This document shows positions 18,518 to 28,255 of a DNA stretch of 64,000 nt, in pieces. The notes beneath the pieces are model-generated. The model did no database searches. It worked only from the letters and a program-made list of their open reading frames with translations, and was not told the DNA's origin. This DNA is from a virus (Duplodnaviria > Caudoviricetes), in IMG/VR virus record IMGVR_UViG_3300037041_001930; one strand, 5' to 3'. Made by a program: the position numbers and the translations under genes. Numbering within the stretch: position 1 is the stretch's first letter; the number at the start of each line of letters is the position of its first letter.

Positions 18518-19313
18518 GGAAGGCATCCAACCTTTCCTGGATCCTGGTGGCTCTCTGGGAGACCGCACCAGGGGTGAGCTTGAGACGCTTCGCGATGGCC
18601 CCATTGGTGAGCTTGGGGGCCCCACGATACCCGGTGCGATACGCCAGGATCACTTTATCGGTTTCATCGAGGTCGTGATACGTGGCGTCCACCCATTCGT
18701 CGTAGGGGTCCGTGGACGACGTCGCGATCTCTGGGGTATCATCGTCGTCATCCCCGAGGCCGTCTTCATAGGCCGAGGAGGACACCCCCTTGCGCATGAG
18801 GCCACGAACCTTGGTGATCCGTTTCACCGGGATCCCGGTGATCTCGGCGAGGCGCTCATCACTGACCTCGGTTCCCACGACATCACCGGCACGAGAGATC
18901 GCGTCGATGAGAGACCGGCTGTCCTTGCGCATGCGCTCCGGCATCGGCATGGGGTCCGTGATCTTGGGACCCTCGTGCTGCAGCCTCTGGAGCTGTCGGA
19001 ACACATGAGTCTTGAGATCAACGCCCACATTGGGGTTGAAGGACTTCACGGCCTCTGCGGCGATGAGCCTGGCCCTATGGGCGACCACAGGGGTCTGCAT
19101 GGGGGCAAAGCTCGTCAGCGCCTTCTGGATCGTGGGCTGTAGGGTGTTGACCACTGCTCTGAGATTCTCGGGTCTGGGGTCCCCCTGGTACGCAGTGAAG
19201 CTGTCATGCCAGGTTGTCTGGGGTGTTGTCTTGGGCGACTTCCACGCGTTCTGTGGTAACGATTGTTGCAGCCCCTGACCCCTTTGCGGATCCCTTGGGG
19301 GCTGTGCCGACAC
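18510..19313 (-). CDS. Phage-encoded RNA polymerase sigma factor (sigma70 family, FliA/SigF-like, regions 2-4)
   Basis: Region 2 AVKSFNPNVGVDLKTHV; region 3 TEVSDERLAEITGIPVKRI; region 4 HTH LTNGAIAKRLKLTPGAVSQ. Start codon uncertain (the ORF is open to 19577). Confidence 0.85.
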   Translation of the reverse strand: MSAQPPRDPQRGQGLQQSLPQNAWKSPKTTPQTTWHDSFTAYQGDPRPENLRAVVNTLQPTIQKALTSFAPMQTPVVAHRARLIAAEAVKSFNPNVGVDLKTHVFRQLQRLQHEGPKITDPMPMPERMRKDSRSLIDAISRAGDVVGTEVSDERLAEITGIPVKRITKVRGLMRKGVSSSAYEDGLGDDDDDTPEIATSSTDPYDEWVDATYHDLDETDKVILAYRTGYRGAPKLTNGAIAKRLKLTPGAVSQRATRIQERLDAFHG

Positions 19314-20985
19314 TGATGAAGTTTGAGCTGTATTTCGGCTTGGTTGGAGTTGATGCGATTGTGGTTGTTGGAGTGCTGGTTCCCCCGACGACGGGGTGCT
19401 CGTCGAGTCGTCGTCCTGCGTAGGCTTCGGCCCATAGCGGATGCTGAAAGGCGCCGCCTTTTTTTCCAGAAGCAAGTCGAGTAAATCGGGTTGCCTCGAC
19501 GTCTGCGGCTTGGTGCTGCTTTGACCTGACATACATGATCTCCAACTGGGTTCCTGCCTGTTTTGCAGCTGCATCAAGGATCAGCGTAATGCCTTCGACG
19601 GCTCCGTACATCGAGGTGGCCTCGTCGATCGGAGTCCCTGCGATGGCAGGGTACACCAACCGGACAGGGGTGCATAGACCGATGTCCATACGAAGTGGGC
19701 AATCCACGGCGAGGAGACGCCCAACATAGGTTTGCTTCAGGGCGAGTTCTCTGGCGTAGGGGTCCCCATAATACCTGAGATCTCCTTTGTTGATGCCACC
19801 AATATCGGCCTTCAACCATGCTGGTGCTGGAAGTGTTGTGAACAGCCCGACTGAGTTCCCATTTGGGTCTATGGTATTCTTGGCCTGGATTACTCCCTCT
19901 CTACGGAAACCTCCAAGAATTGTGGTCGATGGGTTGGTGTCCCCTGCGATACCGATGGGTCCATTTGGATTATCGATGAAGACGAGACCAGCGACCACTG
20001 CGGTACTCTGTGTAACCCAACTCGCGCGGATGAAGGTTGATGGCCAGATCGGCTTATGGAGGTCTGTTGGTGCAAATGGGGTGTACGGGACCACGCCGAT
20101 GCCATCCCCGTGTTCCACAACTGCGAAAAAGAAATCATCAGCCAAAGCCTGAATCTTAGATAGCATGCTCTGTTGCGCCAAGTCCTTGTGGAACTCGGCA
20201 CTCAGGTAACTCCAGACCACACGCGCCATGTCATCCTTGAAAATGCCACCATCGAGTTTCCCCTGGATGAGGGCGAGAGCATTAAGTGCGGCTATGGTTC
20301 CTGGTTTTGCGATAGTGCTGAGCACGGATTCAGCGGAGACACCGCCCTGTGCCAGAAACTGCACGAACTGATTCTGGATGCCATTGACATCTTTACTCTG
20401 GGCATGAAGAACTTTAACAAAGGCATCAGAGACGCCCTTCCAAAAGTCTTGCCTGAAAATTTCCAGGTTTATAGAACCTGCCCACCCATTATTTGTGATG
20501 TCCATGAGTTCGGTGGTACGCAGGTACGCCGCTGATGTATTTGAGAAATGTAGTGCACCTGTGGCCAGGTATAACAAGCGGGACACGATTACGACTCGCA
20601 GATTAAACTTTCCATTGGCGAGGTCACTGGGGCCCCCGTCATCCACTACCCCAGTGATGAGATCATGATCCCCTGCATTCAATAGCAGATCTGAGTCACC
20701 ACGTGGGCCTCGCAGCGAGTGGACGTCGGAATCCAGACGGATGACTACCGTGGCTGGGGTTCCCTTGACGAATACGAAATCTGATGGGATCGCCTTGGTC
20801 CCCTTGGGGTTCCTGGCATTGACACCTACTGCGAGATCCACAACCGCTTTGGTCTCGATACGCGAGTACCTCACCACGATTTTCACTGCGGCGTATGACT
20901 TACCATCAATGGTTACCCACGCCGAAAACGACGTGGGCACTGTTGGCAGGTTTCCCTGTCGCATGTATTGGGTGAGATCGGTCAC
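19204..20985 (-). CDS. Probable baseplate hub protein (T4 gp27 / P2 gpD-like), 593 aa
   Basis: Position after the tape-measure block; beta-rich; C-terminal PVRLVY...GAVEGITLILD pattern typical of hubs. Confidence 0.5.
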   Translation of the reverse strand: MTDLTQYMRQGNLPTVPTSFSAWVTIDGKSYAAVKIVVRYSRIETKAVVDLAVGVNARNPKGTKAIPSDFVFVKGTPATVVIRLDSDVHSLRGPRGDSDLLLNAGDHDLITGVVDDGGPSDLANGKFNLRVVIVSRLLYLATGALHFSNTSAAYLRTTELMDITNNGWAGSINLEIFRQDFWKGVSDAFVKVLHAQSKDVNGIQNQFVQFLAQGGVSAESVLSTIAKPGTIAALNALALIQGKLDGGIFKDDMARVVWSYLSAEFHKDLAQQSMLSKIQALADDFFFAVVEHGDGIGVVPYTPFAPTDLHKPIWPSTFIRASWVTQSTAVVAGLVFIDNPNGPIGIAGDTNPSTTILGGFRREGVIQAKNTIDPNGNSVGLFTTLPAPAWLKADIGGINKGDLRYYGDPYARELALKQTYVGRLLAVDCPLRMDIGLCTPVRLVYPAIAGTPIDEATSMYGAVEGITLILDAAAKQAGTQLEIMYVRSKQHQAADVEATRFTRLASGKKGGAFQHPLWAEAYAGRRLDEHPVVGGTSTPTTTIASTPTKPKYSSNFISVGTAPKGSAKGSGAATIVTTERVEVAQDNTPDNLA

Positions 20986-21710
20986 TCAGCACCCCCGAGG
21001 GTTGCTACTGCTGCTGCCAGCTTGTCGAGGCTCAACGGGGCAGCGCGATATATTTTCTCAATCCGAGGTGACATCAGCCCCAGTAATGAGGTCTCTGTAT
21101 CGCTAAGGCGTGATACCGCCTCTAGTAACCATGGAGTAACAACGGCCTGTCGGATCAGCGTCCAGGTGTCGTGAAGGTGGAACTGGGTTCCGTAGAAGGT
21201 GATGACCCCCTTGCGATCCGGGAGTTCGATGACCGGCGATCTATCCGTGTAGGAGAACGCGGATACCAACTGGCGACCTCTGTCGTCCGATATCCTGACC
21301 TCAGCGGTACCAGCCCCAACCGTGATTACCTCGATGAACCAAGATCCGACGTCGGGGGTCTGTGGGGATGTCCCGAAGATGAGAGTGGGTATCGGCGCAA
21401 TACCGCGTGCAGTAACAACCCCTGCGCTCACTGTGAATAATGAACGCATGGTTTCTGCGGTATAGGTTACTCTGGGGTCTCGTGCCGTGATTACTTCTGA
21501 CAGTGGAGAGTTCATGAGCCCATAAGTGAGCTGAACGCACCGCAGGAAATGCTCACGCCTGCCAAGCCCAGATCCAATGATAGCATTTCTGACCGCGACC
21601 TCATCTGAGCTAAGAACGCGTGGGGTAAATGTTGGCCATACGATGTCCCCAGGGGACCCCGTGATATTATCGAGTCTGGCCAGGAAATCGTTGATCATGC
21701 CATACTCCAC
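20982..21710 (-). CDS. Hypothetical baseplate-region protein, 242 aa
   Basis: Coupled ORF between the tube-initiator-like gene and the hub. Confidence 0.6.
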   Translation of the reverse strand: MEYGMINDFLARLDNITGSPGDIVWPTFTPRVLSSDEVAVRNAIIGSGLGRREHFLRCVQLTYGLMNSPLSEVITARDPRVTYTAETMRSLFTVSAGVVTARGIAPIPTLIFGTSPQTPDVGSWFIEVITVGAGTAEVRISDDRGRQLVSAFSYTDRSPVIELPDRKGVITFYGTQFHLHDTWTLIRQAVVTPWLLEAVSRLSDTETSLLGLMSPRIEKIYRAAPLSLDKLAAAVATLGGAE

Positions 21711-22186
21711 GCCGCGAATTGCAGCTGACTTCTTACCACGGTCCCTTCATGGGCCTGTGCGTTTAATGCGAACTCGAGAAGGTACCCAGCGTAGACGTTC
21801 TCGCCTATGGCGAGGGTCAGGGGGTTCAATCTCCCGTTCTGAAACTTGTTGGCACCATACCAGGCCTGGATTGCCTTGACGGTGTCAGTTGTCTCAGCGC
21901 CGTTGACACCACACACCTTTCCATGTACGAGACCAACACTCATCATGCCAACATCGTCCCCAAATGGGATAGCGAAAAGTGACTTGTCCAACGTGGTCTG
22001 AAACTGCGCCAGCACTTTTTCCCTGAGTTCAACGGTAGTCACGAAACCTGAGTTCTCGAACTTGCCGCCTGAACTCGCATCCCCCTGAATCTTGAGATTA
22101 AAGGTCTGTGCCTCGGCGTCGGCATCGATGGCTACGATGCGACCAGGCATAGATGAAAAGATAGCGGTACCGCTTGGCATGATCAC
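21695..22186 (-). CDS. Tube-fold tail tube initiator-like protein, 163 aa
   Basis: Immediately after the tape measure; size and beta pattern resemble the tube protein at 28256-28753. Confidence 0.45.
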   Translation of the reverse strand: MIMPSGTAIFSSMPGRIVAIDADAEAQTFNLKIQGDASSGGKFENSGFVTTVELREKVLAQFQTTLDKSLFAIPFGDDVGMMSVGLVHGKVCGVNGAETTDTVKAIQAWYGANKFQNGRLNPLTLAIGENVYAGYLLEFALNAQAHEGTVVRSQLQFAAWSMA

Positions 22187-24702
22187 TTCCTCGCAGTCGT
22201 CTCAATGCTACTATTCGAGATATTAAGTGTAACATTCTTATCACTGGCATTCTGTTGAGTAACATTTACACCGGGGGGCACCACGAGATTCAGCACAAGT
22301 GTTACTTCTTTTGAAGTCTTCCCAGGCCCGCCTTGGTTGGGGCTCTCACCGTCGTTCTTGGATGCGGTCGGTAAGTATGCTGCGAGCTGGGAAACTGCAC
22401 CAACTGGGTTCATCATACCGGCGCCCATGTACCCCAGTAGGTTATTAGACTTCACACCAAGTTCCGACAGGAATGTTCCGCCGGCCCCAGGTGTTTTTAT
22501 GCCAAGCTCAGACAATCTTGCTGACGCTGCAGCCCATTTGTTTCGCAATGCTGCGCGTTTTTTGGGGTCTGTATCCCCGGTGGACTTAGACCACTCGACT
22601 TGGCTATCATAATACTCGGTTAGCGCGGTACCCATTGTTCGCCGCTGATCATCGGACATACCCTCCAGTGAAAGTAAGGCATTTGTGCGATCACCGGGCA
22701 GCATGAGACCCGACATCTCAAGTATCTTCCCTATGCTGGCTACACTGAACAAATCTTGGTGCTGATCTCTTAGAGTATCGATGGCACGTCCTAGCCCCTG
22801 GGTATTCAGTGTTCCCGCGAGCATGGATGAAATTTTCTGATTCAGTGCTGACGTCCTTCTGTTTTGACCTGATCCCTTTTCCACGCGTCGACCACTATTA
22901 AACACACTCAGGGATTGCTCGAGCGCTGCGTTGTTGGCCACTAACGCGTTTTGGAGATCATAGAGCGGGGGTAGCCCGAGTTTTGTGGCGAGCGCGGTGT
23001 ATTTATCAATACCAGATTGCGTGCGCCTCGCGGGGTCCATCGCAATGGCAACGGCGAGTTCAGAGTCATCCACACTCGCAGCCGCCAACTTTTTATGTAA
23101 ATCTATTAAACTGATTCGGTTACCGTCCGCACCTGTGGTTGCCCCTGCAAGAGTTAGATTAGATAGTTGACCGGCCAGCTGACCCTCATTCAGGAATGTT
23201 TGGATGACATCGGATCCAAACCTCACTGGGGCTGCATCTAGCATGGACTGACGTTGAGCCCCGGTCGCGTTGTGAAACTGGCTTCTGAGCTGTCTCCCCT
23301 GTGGTGATTCCAAAATAGAGAATACAGCGGCACCATCCCCGGCAGCAAGTGCTTTATTCAGTTGAGGTCCCAAAGTGGGGTGATTGATCCCCCACATCGC
23401 GGCTCCAAGTAAATCAGATTGCTGGGCACGTAGCGCACCCTGCGCAGTACGACTCTTGGACTCATCCAGCACGCCTTGGAAACCAGTCAACCCCTCATCG
23501 TTCAGGGCCTGCCCTGTCAGTCGGCGTGCGGTCTGACTGAAGGCTGCTGTTGCTGTATTGATCAGTAAGCTGCCACCCATCTGACGTGTAATCGCAGTTC
23601 CGGCATCCAGCATCTGCTTAGATGTCATCCCAGCGGCTTCGCCTAGAGCTTTTAGATTCCGCAGGACATCCTGAATTGCACCGGCATCAGCGCTCCCACC
23701 AGGTACCAGCCCTAGTTGAGCCGCGAGATTTCCACGTTCGCCCACAGAGAGGCCTTCGCCTATTGTGGACCCAAGAGTTGATATAACTCTTGCCAAGTTA
23801 GCACCGCCCTGGACAGCCGCCCCTGAAAGCCGGATCCCCTTCATTTCCGCAGCCAACTGGTCTGGTGAGAACCCGGCGCCGACTCGTGCAGTAAGAGTTG
23901 CCCGTGCCTTTTTCTCGAGGTCACCCCCACGCAGGCTGCCCGAGTAGTCCAGCGCGTTGAGATCTACTGCCATCGCCATGACTTCGGAGAAGTCATCAAG
24001 GTTCATCCCAGATGTCAGCGTGTTATCGCGAAGCATGAAATCACTGGCGCTACCCCCTACGTCGCCATATCGCTGCCCCCTGGCATTCACCCTGGAGCGC
24101 TCCTGCAGCGTGTTCTTGAGGTGGCCTGCCATCGCGCTATCAAGTCTGTGCATGCCATCGAGGCCGCGTTGTGCCGAGATCAGCCCAGCACCACCTCTGC
24201 TCGTGATTAAATTAGGATCTACAAATCTAGCGACATCGGAGACGAGACCACCAGTCAGTTGGTCAATTATTGGGGCGCCTGTCATCAAAACATTAGATAA
24301 CATGCTTCCGGGTTGGAGGTGTAGAGCATTCGCCGCCGCCATCCCGAGGTCTTGGGTACCCAATGACCTCATGACCTGGCTGTACTGCCTGGCCTGAACC
24401 TCTCGGATGGGGTCGGCGACCCCACGAGCAAGATTGATTCGATTTACAATGTCCGACCAGTCGAGACCCCCACCTTGAGACTTAAAGAACATGGGGAGGA
24501 GCATATCCCCGACCATGCCGGCCATTCCGGCGCCCTCGCCAAACCTACCCAGTGTTTGGGCGAGACTGAAACCCTGAGACACCGAGATATCTGGAGCCGT
24601 GAATCTGGGACGATAGTTCCCCGAAGCAGACCCTGGGTTCTGCATCATCATGCTCTGGAGCCCCTGGAGCATCTCAGGGCTTAGTGGACCGGATAGTTCC
24701 AT
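22183..24702 (-). CDS. Tail tape-measure protein, 839 aa
   Basis: Ala/Gly/Leu-rich helical protein directly after two tail-chaperone-like ORFs. Confidence 0.7.
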   Translation of the reverse strand: MELSGPLSPEMLQGLQSMMMQNPGSASGNYRPRFTAPDISVSQGFSLAQTLGRFGEGAGMAGMVGDMLLPMFFKSQGGGLDWSDIVNRINLARGVADPIREVQARQYSQVMRSLGTQDLGMAAANALHLQPGSMLSNVLMTGAPIIDQLTGGLVSDVARFVDPNLITSRGGAGLISAQRGLDGMHRLDSAMAGHLKNTLQERSRVNARGQRYGDVGGSASDFMLRDNTLTSGMNLDDFSEVMAMAVDLNALDYSGSLRGGDLEKKARATLTARVGAGFSPDQLAAEMKGIRLSGAAVQGGANLARVISTLGSTIGEGLSVGERGNLAAQLGLVPGGSADAGAIQDVLRNLKALGEAAGMTSKQMLDAGTAITRQMGGSLLINTATAAFSQTARRLTGQALNDEGLTGFQGVLDESKSRTAQGALRAQQSDLLGAAMWGINHPTLGPQLNKALAAGDGAAVFSILESPQGRQLRSQFHNATGAQRQSMLDAAPVRFGSDVIQTFLNEGQLAGQLSNLTLAGATTGADGNRISLIDLHKKLAAASVDDSELAVAIAMDPARRTQSGIDKYTALATKLGLPPLYDLQNALVANNAALEQSLSVFNSGRRVEKGSGQNRRTSALNQKISSMLAGTLNTQGLGRAIDTLRDQHQDLFSVASIGKILEMSGLMLPGDRTNALLSLEGMSDDQRRTMGTALTEYYDSQVEWSKSTGDTDPKKRAALRNKWAAASARLSELGIKTPGAGGTFLSELGVKSNNLLGYMGAGMMNPVGAVSQLAAYLPTASKNDGESPNQGGPGKTSKEVTLVLNLVVPPGVNVTQQNASDKNVTLNISNSSIETTARK

Positions 24703-25069
24703 CTTTCAAGGCCTTCTCGATGAGGTCGGGTCGGAACGTGAGATACCAATCCACGATATCGTCGATTGGTTCATGCGCATTCTGCTGAGATCCCAGGCGA
24801 TACCAAGGCATCAGGGTTCCCCTGAACCCCTCGACCCCTTTGATCGCGTATTCTTGCAGGACTGCAGGGCCCTGATCGGTATTCAGCGCCATCGTGGCGA
24901 TCTGACGAATCGCATCGATCTCACCAACCTTATTGGTGAGCGTGCGCTCAAAGGCCTGGAGTCTGAATCGGAGACCCAGCCATTCCGTATGTGTACCCCG
25001 CCATGACTTGAAATCGACGAAGCCGGCCCCGCAGGCGTGAACCATTAGGTAGCGGAATCGGCTTTCCAA
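24674..25069 (-). CDS. Tail assembly chaperone C-terminal extension (gpT-like), 131 aa
   Basis: In the -1 frame relative to 25045-25866, overlapping its end at a GGATTTT heptamer; directly upstream of the tape measure. Confidence 0.55.
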   Translation of the reverse strand: MESRFRYLMVHACGAGFVDFKSWRGTHTEWLGLRFRLQAFERTLTNKVGEIDAIRQIATMALNTDQGPAVLQEYAIKGVEGFRGTLMPWYRLGSQQNAHEPIDDIVDWYLTFRPDLIEKALKDGTIRSTKP

Positions 25070-25866
25070 AAATCCGGGGATTCGGCCTGTGCGATGAGTC
25101 TGTAGACCAAATTCTCAAAGATGGAGTGCGAGGTCCTCAGCGCGGTCTTCAGGGGGTTCGAGAGTTCTTCGAGTAAGGAAAGGCGTGCGTACCGTAATGC
25201 GGTGTGCCCCAGGGTTCCCTTGAACTCCAGGGGGACCTGGGTCTGCATGGCGTTGAAGACACGAGGAGGCGACCCCTTGAGGTGGATGCTGCGCAGGGAG
25301 GCCACGAACTGGTAGTCATAGTAACGCTGGAGTCTCAAGTGATTCCGGAGTTCGGACCCCGTGGTTCCAAAGGAACCATCGATTTCTTCGTCATGGAAGG
25401 CCTGGCGGGAACATACCTCGTCTTCACCGGATGTCCGGGTCTGGAAGACAACGGTGAGGGTATCCCCGAAGAAAGTGTACGCCTTCTGGAAGCGTTCGGC
25501 TCCGAGGACATGGGCGAGGAATGCGGCACGATCAACCTTGTCGATCTTGGTTTCTACGGGTTCCGCAGGTTTCACTTCCTTGACTTCACCTTGTTTCAGA
25601 ATCGTTTTACCATCGGCATCCAGGGCTTCATAGCTCGACCCCTCGAGTTCCTGTGCAGCCTTAATGCGGGCTTCAGCACGCTTGACGACATCTGCGGTGG
25701 GCTCCGGGGCCGGGACGAGTTTCTTGGTGCCCCCGGGTACCGTTGATGCCACCTGAGGTGCTGCCTGGGGGACCGAGGCTCCACTTGCAGTCAGTTTTCC
25801 AGCGGCCTCGAGATCCGCGATTTCTTCAGGGGTCAACTGGTTCAATGGGATTTGGGTGGACATCAC
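25045..25866 (-). CDS. Tail assembly chaperone (gpG-like), 273 aa
   Basis: Acidic/helical; positioned upstream of the tape measure; GTGA coupling. Confidence 0.55.
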   Translation of the reverse strand: MMSTQIPLNQLTPEEIADLEAAGKLTASGASVPQAAPQVASTVPGGTKKLVPAPEPTADVVKRAEARIKAAQELEGSSYEALDADGKTILKQGEVKEVKPAEPVETKIDKVDRAAFLAHVLGAERFQKAYTFFGDTLTVVFQTRTSGEDEVCSRQAFHDEEIDGSFGTTGSELRNHLRLQRYYDYQFVASLRSIHLKGSPPRVFNAMQTQVPLEFKGTLGHTALRYARLSLLEELSNPLKTALRTSHSIFENLVYRLIAQAESPDFWKADSAT

Positions 25867-28169
25867 GGGCTCCTAACGAGTTTGCTGAGATTGGCGGCGG
25901 CTGCAGCGGGAACCACGGCACCGGGATCCGCTCCGGGTTGACTGAGAGTAGAGGTTGCCGTCTTGATGTCAAAGTAGAGGCCTTCGGGGGACACCTGGTA
26001 TTGACCGGAGTTGGTCCAGATCTCGTACCCCGGATATGCCGCCGTGGGGGTGCCACCCTTGGAGTCCACCTTGCGTTCCTCCCAAGGTGTCCTGGTGAGG
26101 CTGCGTTGTTGCCACCGCATCTCGGGAAGCGCGAAGTTGAAGTCCCCAGGTAACCCGTAATCGATGCTGCGAATAAATGAGAACCCGTAGGCATCGAGCT
26201 TCAGCGTGGTCATGGGGACATCGCGGTTGATGAACTCGGCGACCACCTTTCGGGAGGGCTTCGCTGAGGTCTCAAATGCGGCCACCGAGGCTTTGATTGC
26301 TGTGGTGTTCGCGGTGATCTGGGTTTCCAGGGAGCGTGCCGCCGCGGGGTCCTTGGAGACATCACTGATCCCATTGGCGACCACGGTCTTCCCCGTGGCG
26401 AGTTGCCCACCAATCACCGCATTGGAGTTGATCAGCATGCTCTTGAAGCCCACGAAGTCGCCTTGGGCTACGATGTCGCCGGAGACGCTGAGGACACTCT
26501 TGTCAGGGGAGACACCCAACTCGATGAGCGGGCGATCAGAATCCGCGAAGACTTGGAACTGACTGGTCACCTTGAAGGCCAAGGCGGGGGCATCGAGGAT
26601 GCAGGTGTCCAAGGCTCGAATGGCGACTCGGTTCTCGGAGAACACGCCGACATCGGCTTTAGCTGCGGCGTAGATCCCGGACTCACTGAGGATGACGACG
26701 CCGCCCACGGAGCCATCGAGGCCATCACCGGCGCGACACGTCGGCGACGTGCTCTTGGATTCGATGAGGACGCCCTCGGCACCCCTATCATTGCCGCCCA
26801 GGATGCTGAACTGGCGTTCTGCCTTGAGATCCATGCGACCCGTGTTCGCGACGACCTGGACGTGTTCGTAGCCCTGGATGACCACGTTCTTGGCGGCATA
26901 GGTGAGCTTGGAACCCCCGCAGAGCTCAATGATGTCACCGGGGGCACTGAGGACGAGATTGGGGCCCGCTGCCAGGATCTGGGCACCATGTGCGTTCTCA
27001 ATGATCACGTTGCCATCGGGGAGCAGGGCGATCACTGAACGCCCGACATAGAACTTCTTGGTTTTCTCGGGGCCCACGGGGATCTCGACTGTGGTTGGGA
27101 GATCCCCCCACATCTTTCCCGTGGGGACGACGAGTTGGGACTCCGGAGCCAACCTGTCCTGGGTCCAGCGTTGTTTCACGGTATCAACTGCATTCCTGGC
27201 ACGATACGTGGTCACGCTATCAATGATGTCGTAGACACTCTGTGCCGAGGTCACCGCGTTGATGACCCCAGCGAAACTCAGGGGGTCTCGTGGGGCGTTC
27301 AGAGATGCTGCGAGTTCCTTGGCGAGTTCTGTGTGGTCACTGGGTGTAATCTCCTCGGGGACATCGAGGTCGATCCTGCGTTCCAGGATGACGCCCCCGG
27401 CTGCCGAGATGACTCTGACACCGTTTTCATCGACGTGGTCTGACCACAGCGCACGACGTGGGGTTTCCCGTTGTCCTGGCCCGGCGCCATAGGCATGGGA
27501 GCCCAGGTGGCCTGGTCCGGCTTGTTCGATGAGTCTTGGCAACGCATCGGGATCCACGGCTTCCGCAGGGGTCCAGAATCGCTTCGAGGTCTTCTCAGCG
27601 AAGCCCCCTGTGTAAGTATCCGCGCTCTGCGACATCAGGGTGTCGTGTTCCCACTGCATGGCGCGGAGGCGACCGAGCTGGGTATCCGTGAAGAAGTCGA
27701 GGCCGGCCATGGGACCCGCACTCAGCCAGGCCCGGAAGTGTTCGACACCAACCCCGGCACCAAAGTATGACGACTTCGCCCATTCCCCGGGGACGAGGTC
27801 AATGATGCCATCGTTCCGGGATTCCCGGAGGCCCCTGAGAATCTTGCCCTGGAGGAGCTGCTTGGACAAGCTGCCCTCCCAGTACCCGGAAACCGGGGTC
27901 TCCAGGATGGATCTTGGCAGGTAGAGGTCCACGCTGGGATCCGTGTGGATCTGGTCAACACAGATGATGCGTGAGGGGTTGTCGCCGACTGCCAGGGCAA
28001 AGAGGACTAGGGTGCCCACGGCGAGGCCACCTGAGCCCCGGACCCCCGTGGTCCCCGAGCCATCCCCAAACCAGGTCGCCATTACGGTGCAGTAGGGGCC
28101 CGCGAGCCGGTAGTAGTTGGTGCCCGCGTAGGCCTCGATGACACGACCGGGGTAGACGTCAAATGGCAT
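25863..28169 (-). CDS. Central baseplate spike (T4 gp5 / VgrG-like), 768 aa
   Basis: N-terminal OB-fold-like start (PGRVIEAY...GTLVLFA) and beta-helix-like repeats (DGNVIIENAHGAQILAAGPNLVLSAPGDI). Confidence 0.75.
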   Translation of the reverse strand: MPFDVYPGRVIEAYAGTNYYRLAGPYCTVMATWFGDGSGTTGVRGSGGLAVGTLVLFALAVGDNPSRIICVDQIHTDPSVDLYLPRSILETPVSGYWEGSLSKQLLQGKILRGLRESRNDGIIDLVPGEWAKSSYFGAGVGVEHFRAWLSAGPMAGLDFFTDTQLGRLRAMQWEHDTLMSQSADTYTGGFAEKTSKRFWTPAEAVDPDALPRLIEQAGPGHLGSHAYGAGPGQRETPRRALWSDHVDENGVRVISAAGGVILERRIDLDVPEEITPSDHTELAKELAASLNAPRDPLSFAGVINAVTSAQSVYDIIDSVTTYRARNAVDTVKQRWTQDRLAPESQLVVPTGKMWGDLPTTVEIPVGPEKTKKFYVGRSVIALLPDGNVIIENAHGAQILAAGPNLVLSAPGDIIELCGGSKLTYAAKNVVIQGYEHVQVVANTGRMDLKAERQFSILGGNDRGAEGVLIESKSTSPTCRAGDGLDGSVGGVVILSESGIYAAAKADVGVFSENRVAIRALDTCILDAPALAFKVTSQFQVFADSDRPLIELGVSPDKSVLSVSGDIVAQGDFVGFKSMLINSNAVIGGQLATGKTVVANGISDVSKDPAAARSLETQITANTTAIKASVAAFETSAKPSRKVVAEFINRDVPMTTLKLDAYGFSFIRSIDYGLPGDFNFALPEMRWQQRSLTRTPWEERKVDSKGGTPTAAYPGYEIWTNSGQYQVSPEGLYFDIKTATSTLSQPGADPGAVVPAAAAANLSKLVRSP

Positions 28170-28193
28170 GGCTGGATCCTATCCGGGGTGTCA

Positions 28194-28232
28194 GACAAAC
28201 AACGACCCCGGCCTCGACGAGACCGGGGTCGT
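28194..28232 (-). terminator. Intrinsic terminator after the tail tube gene
   Basis: ACGACCCCGG...CCGGGGTCGT stem (28202-28232) followed on the minus strand by TGTTTGT. Confidence 0.7.
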
Positions 28233-28255
28233 AACAATCACACTCCCACAATGCC

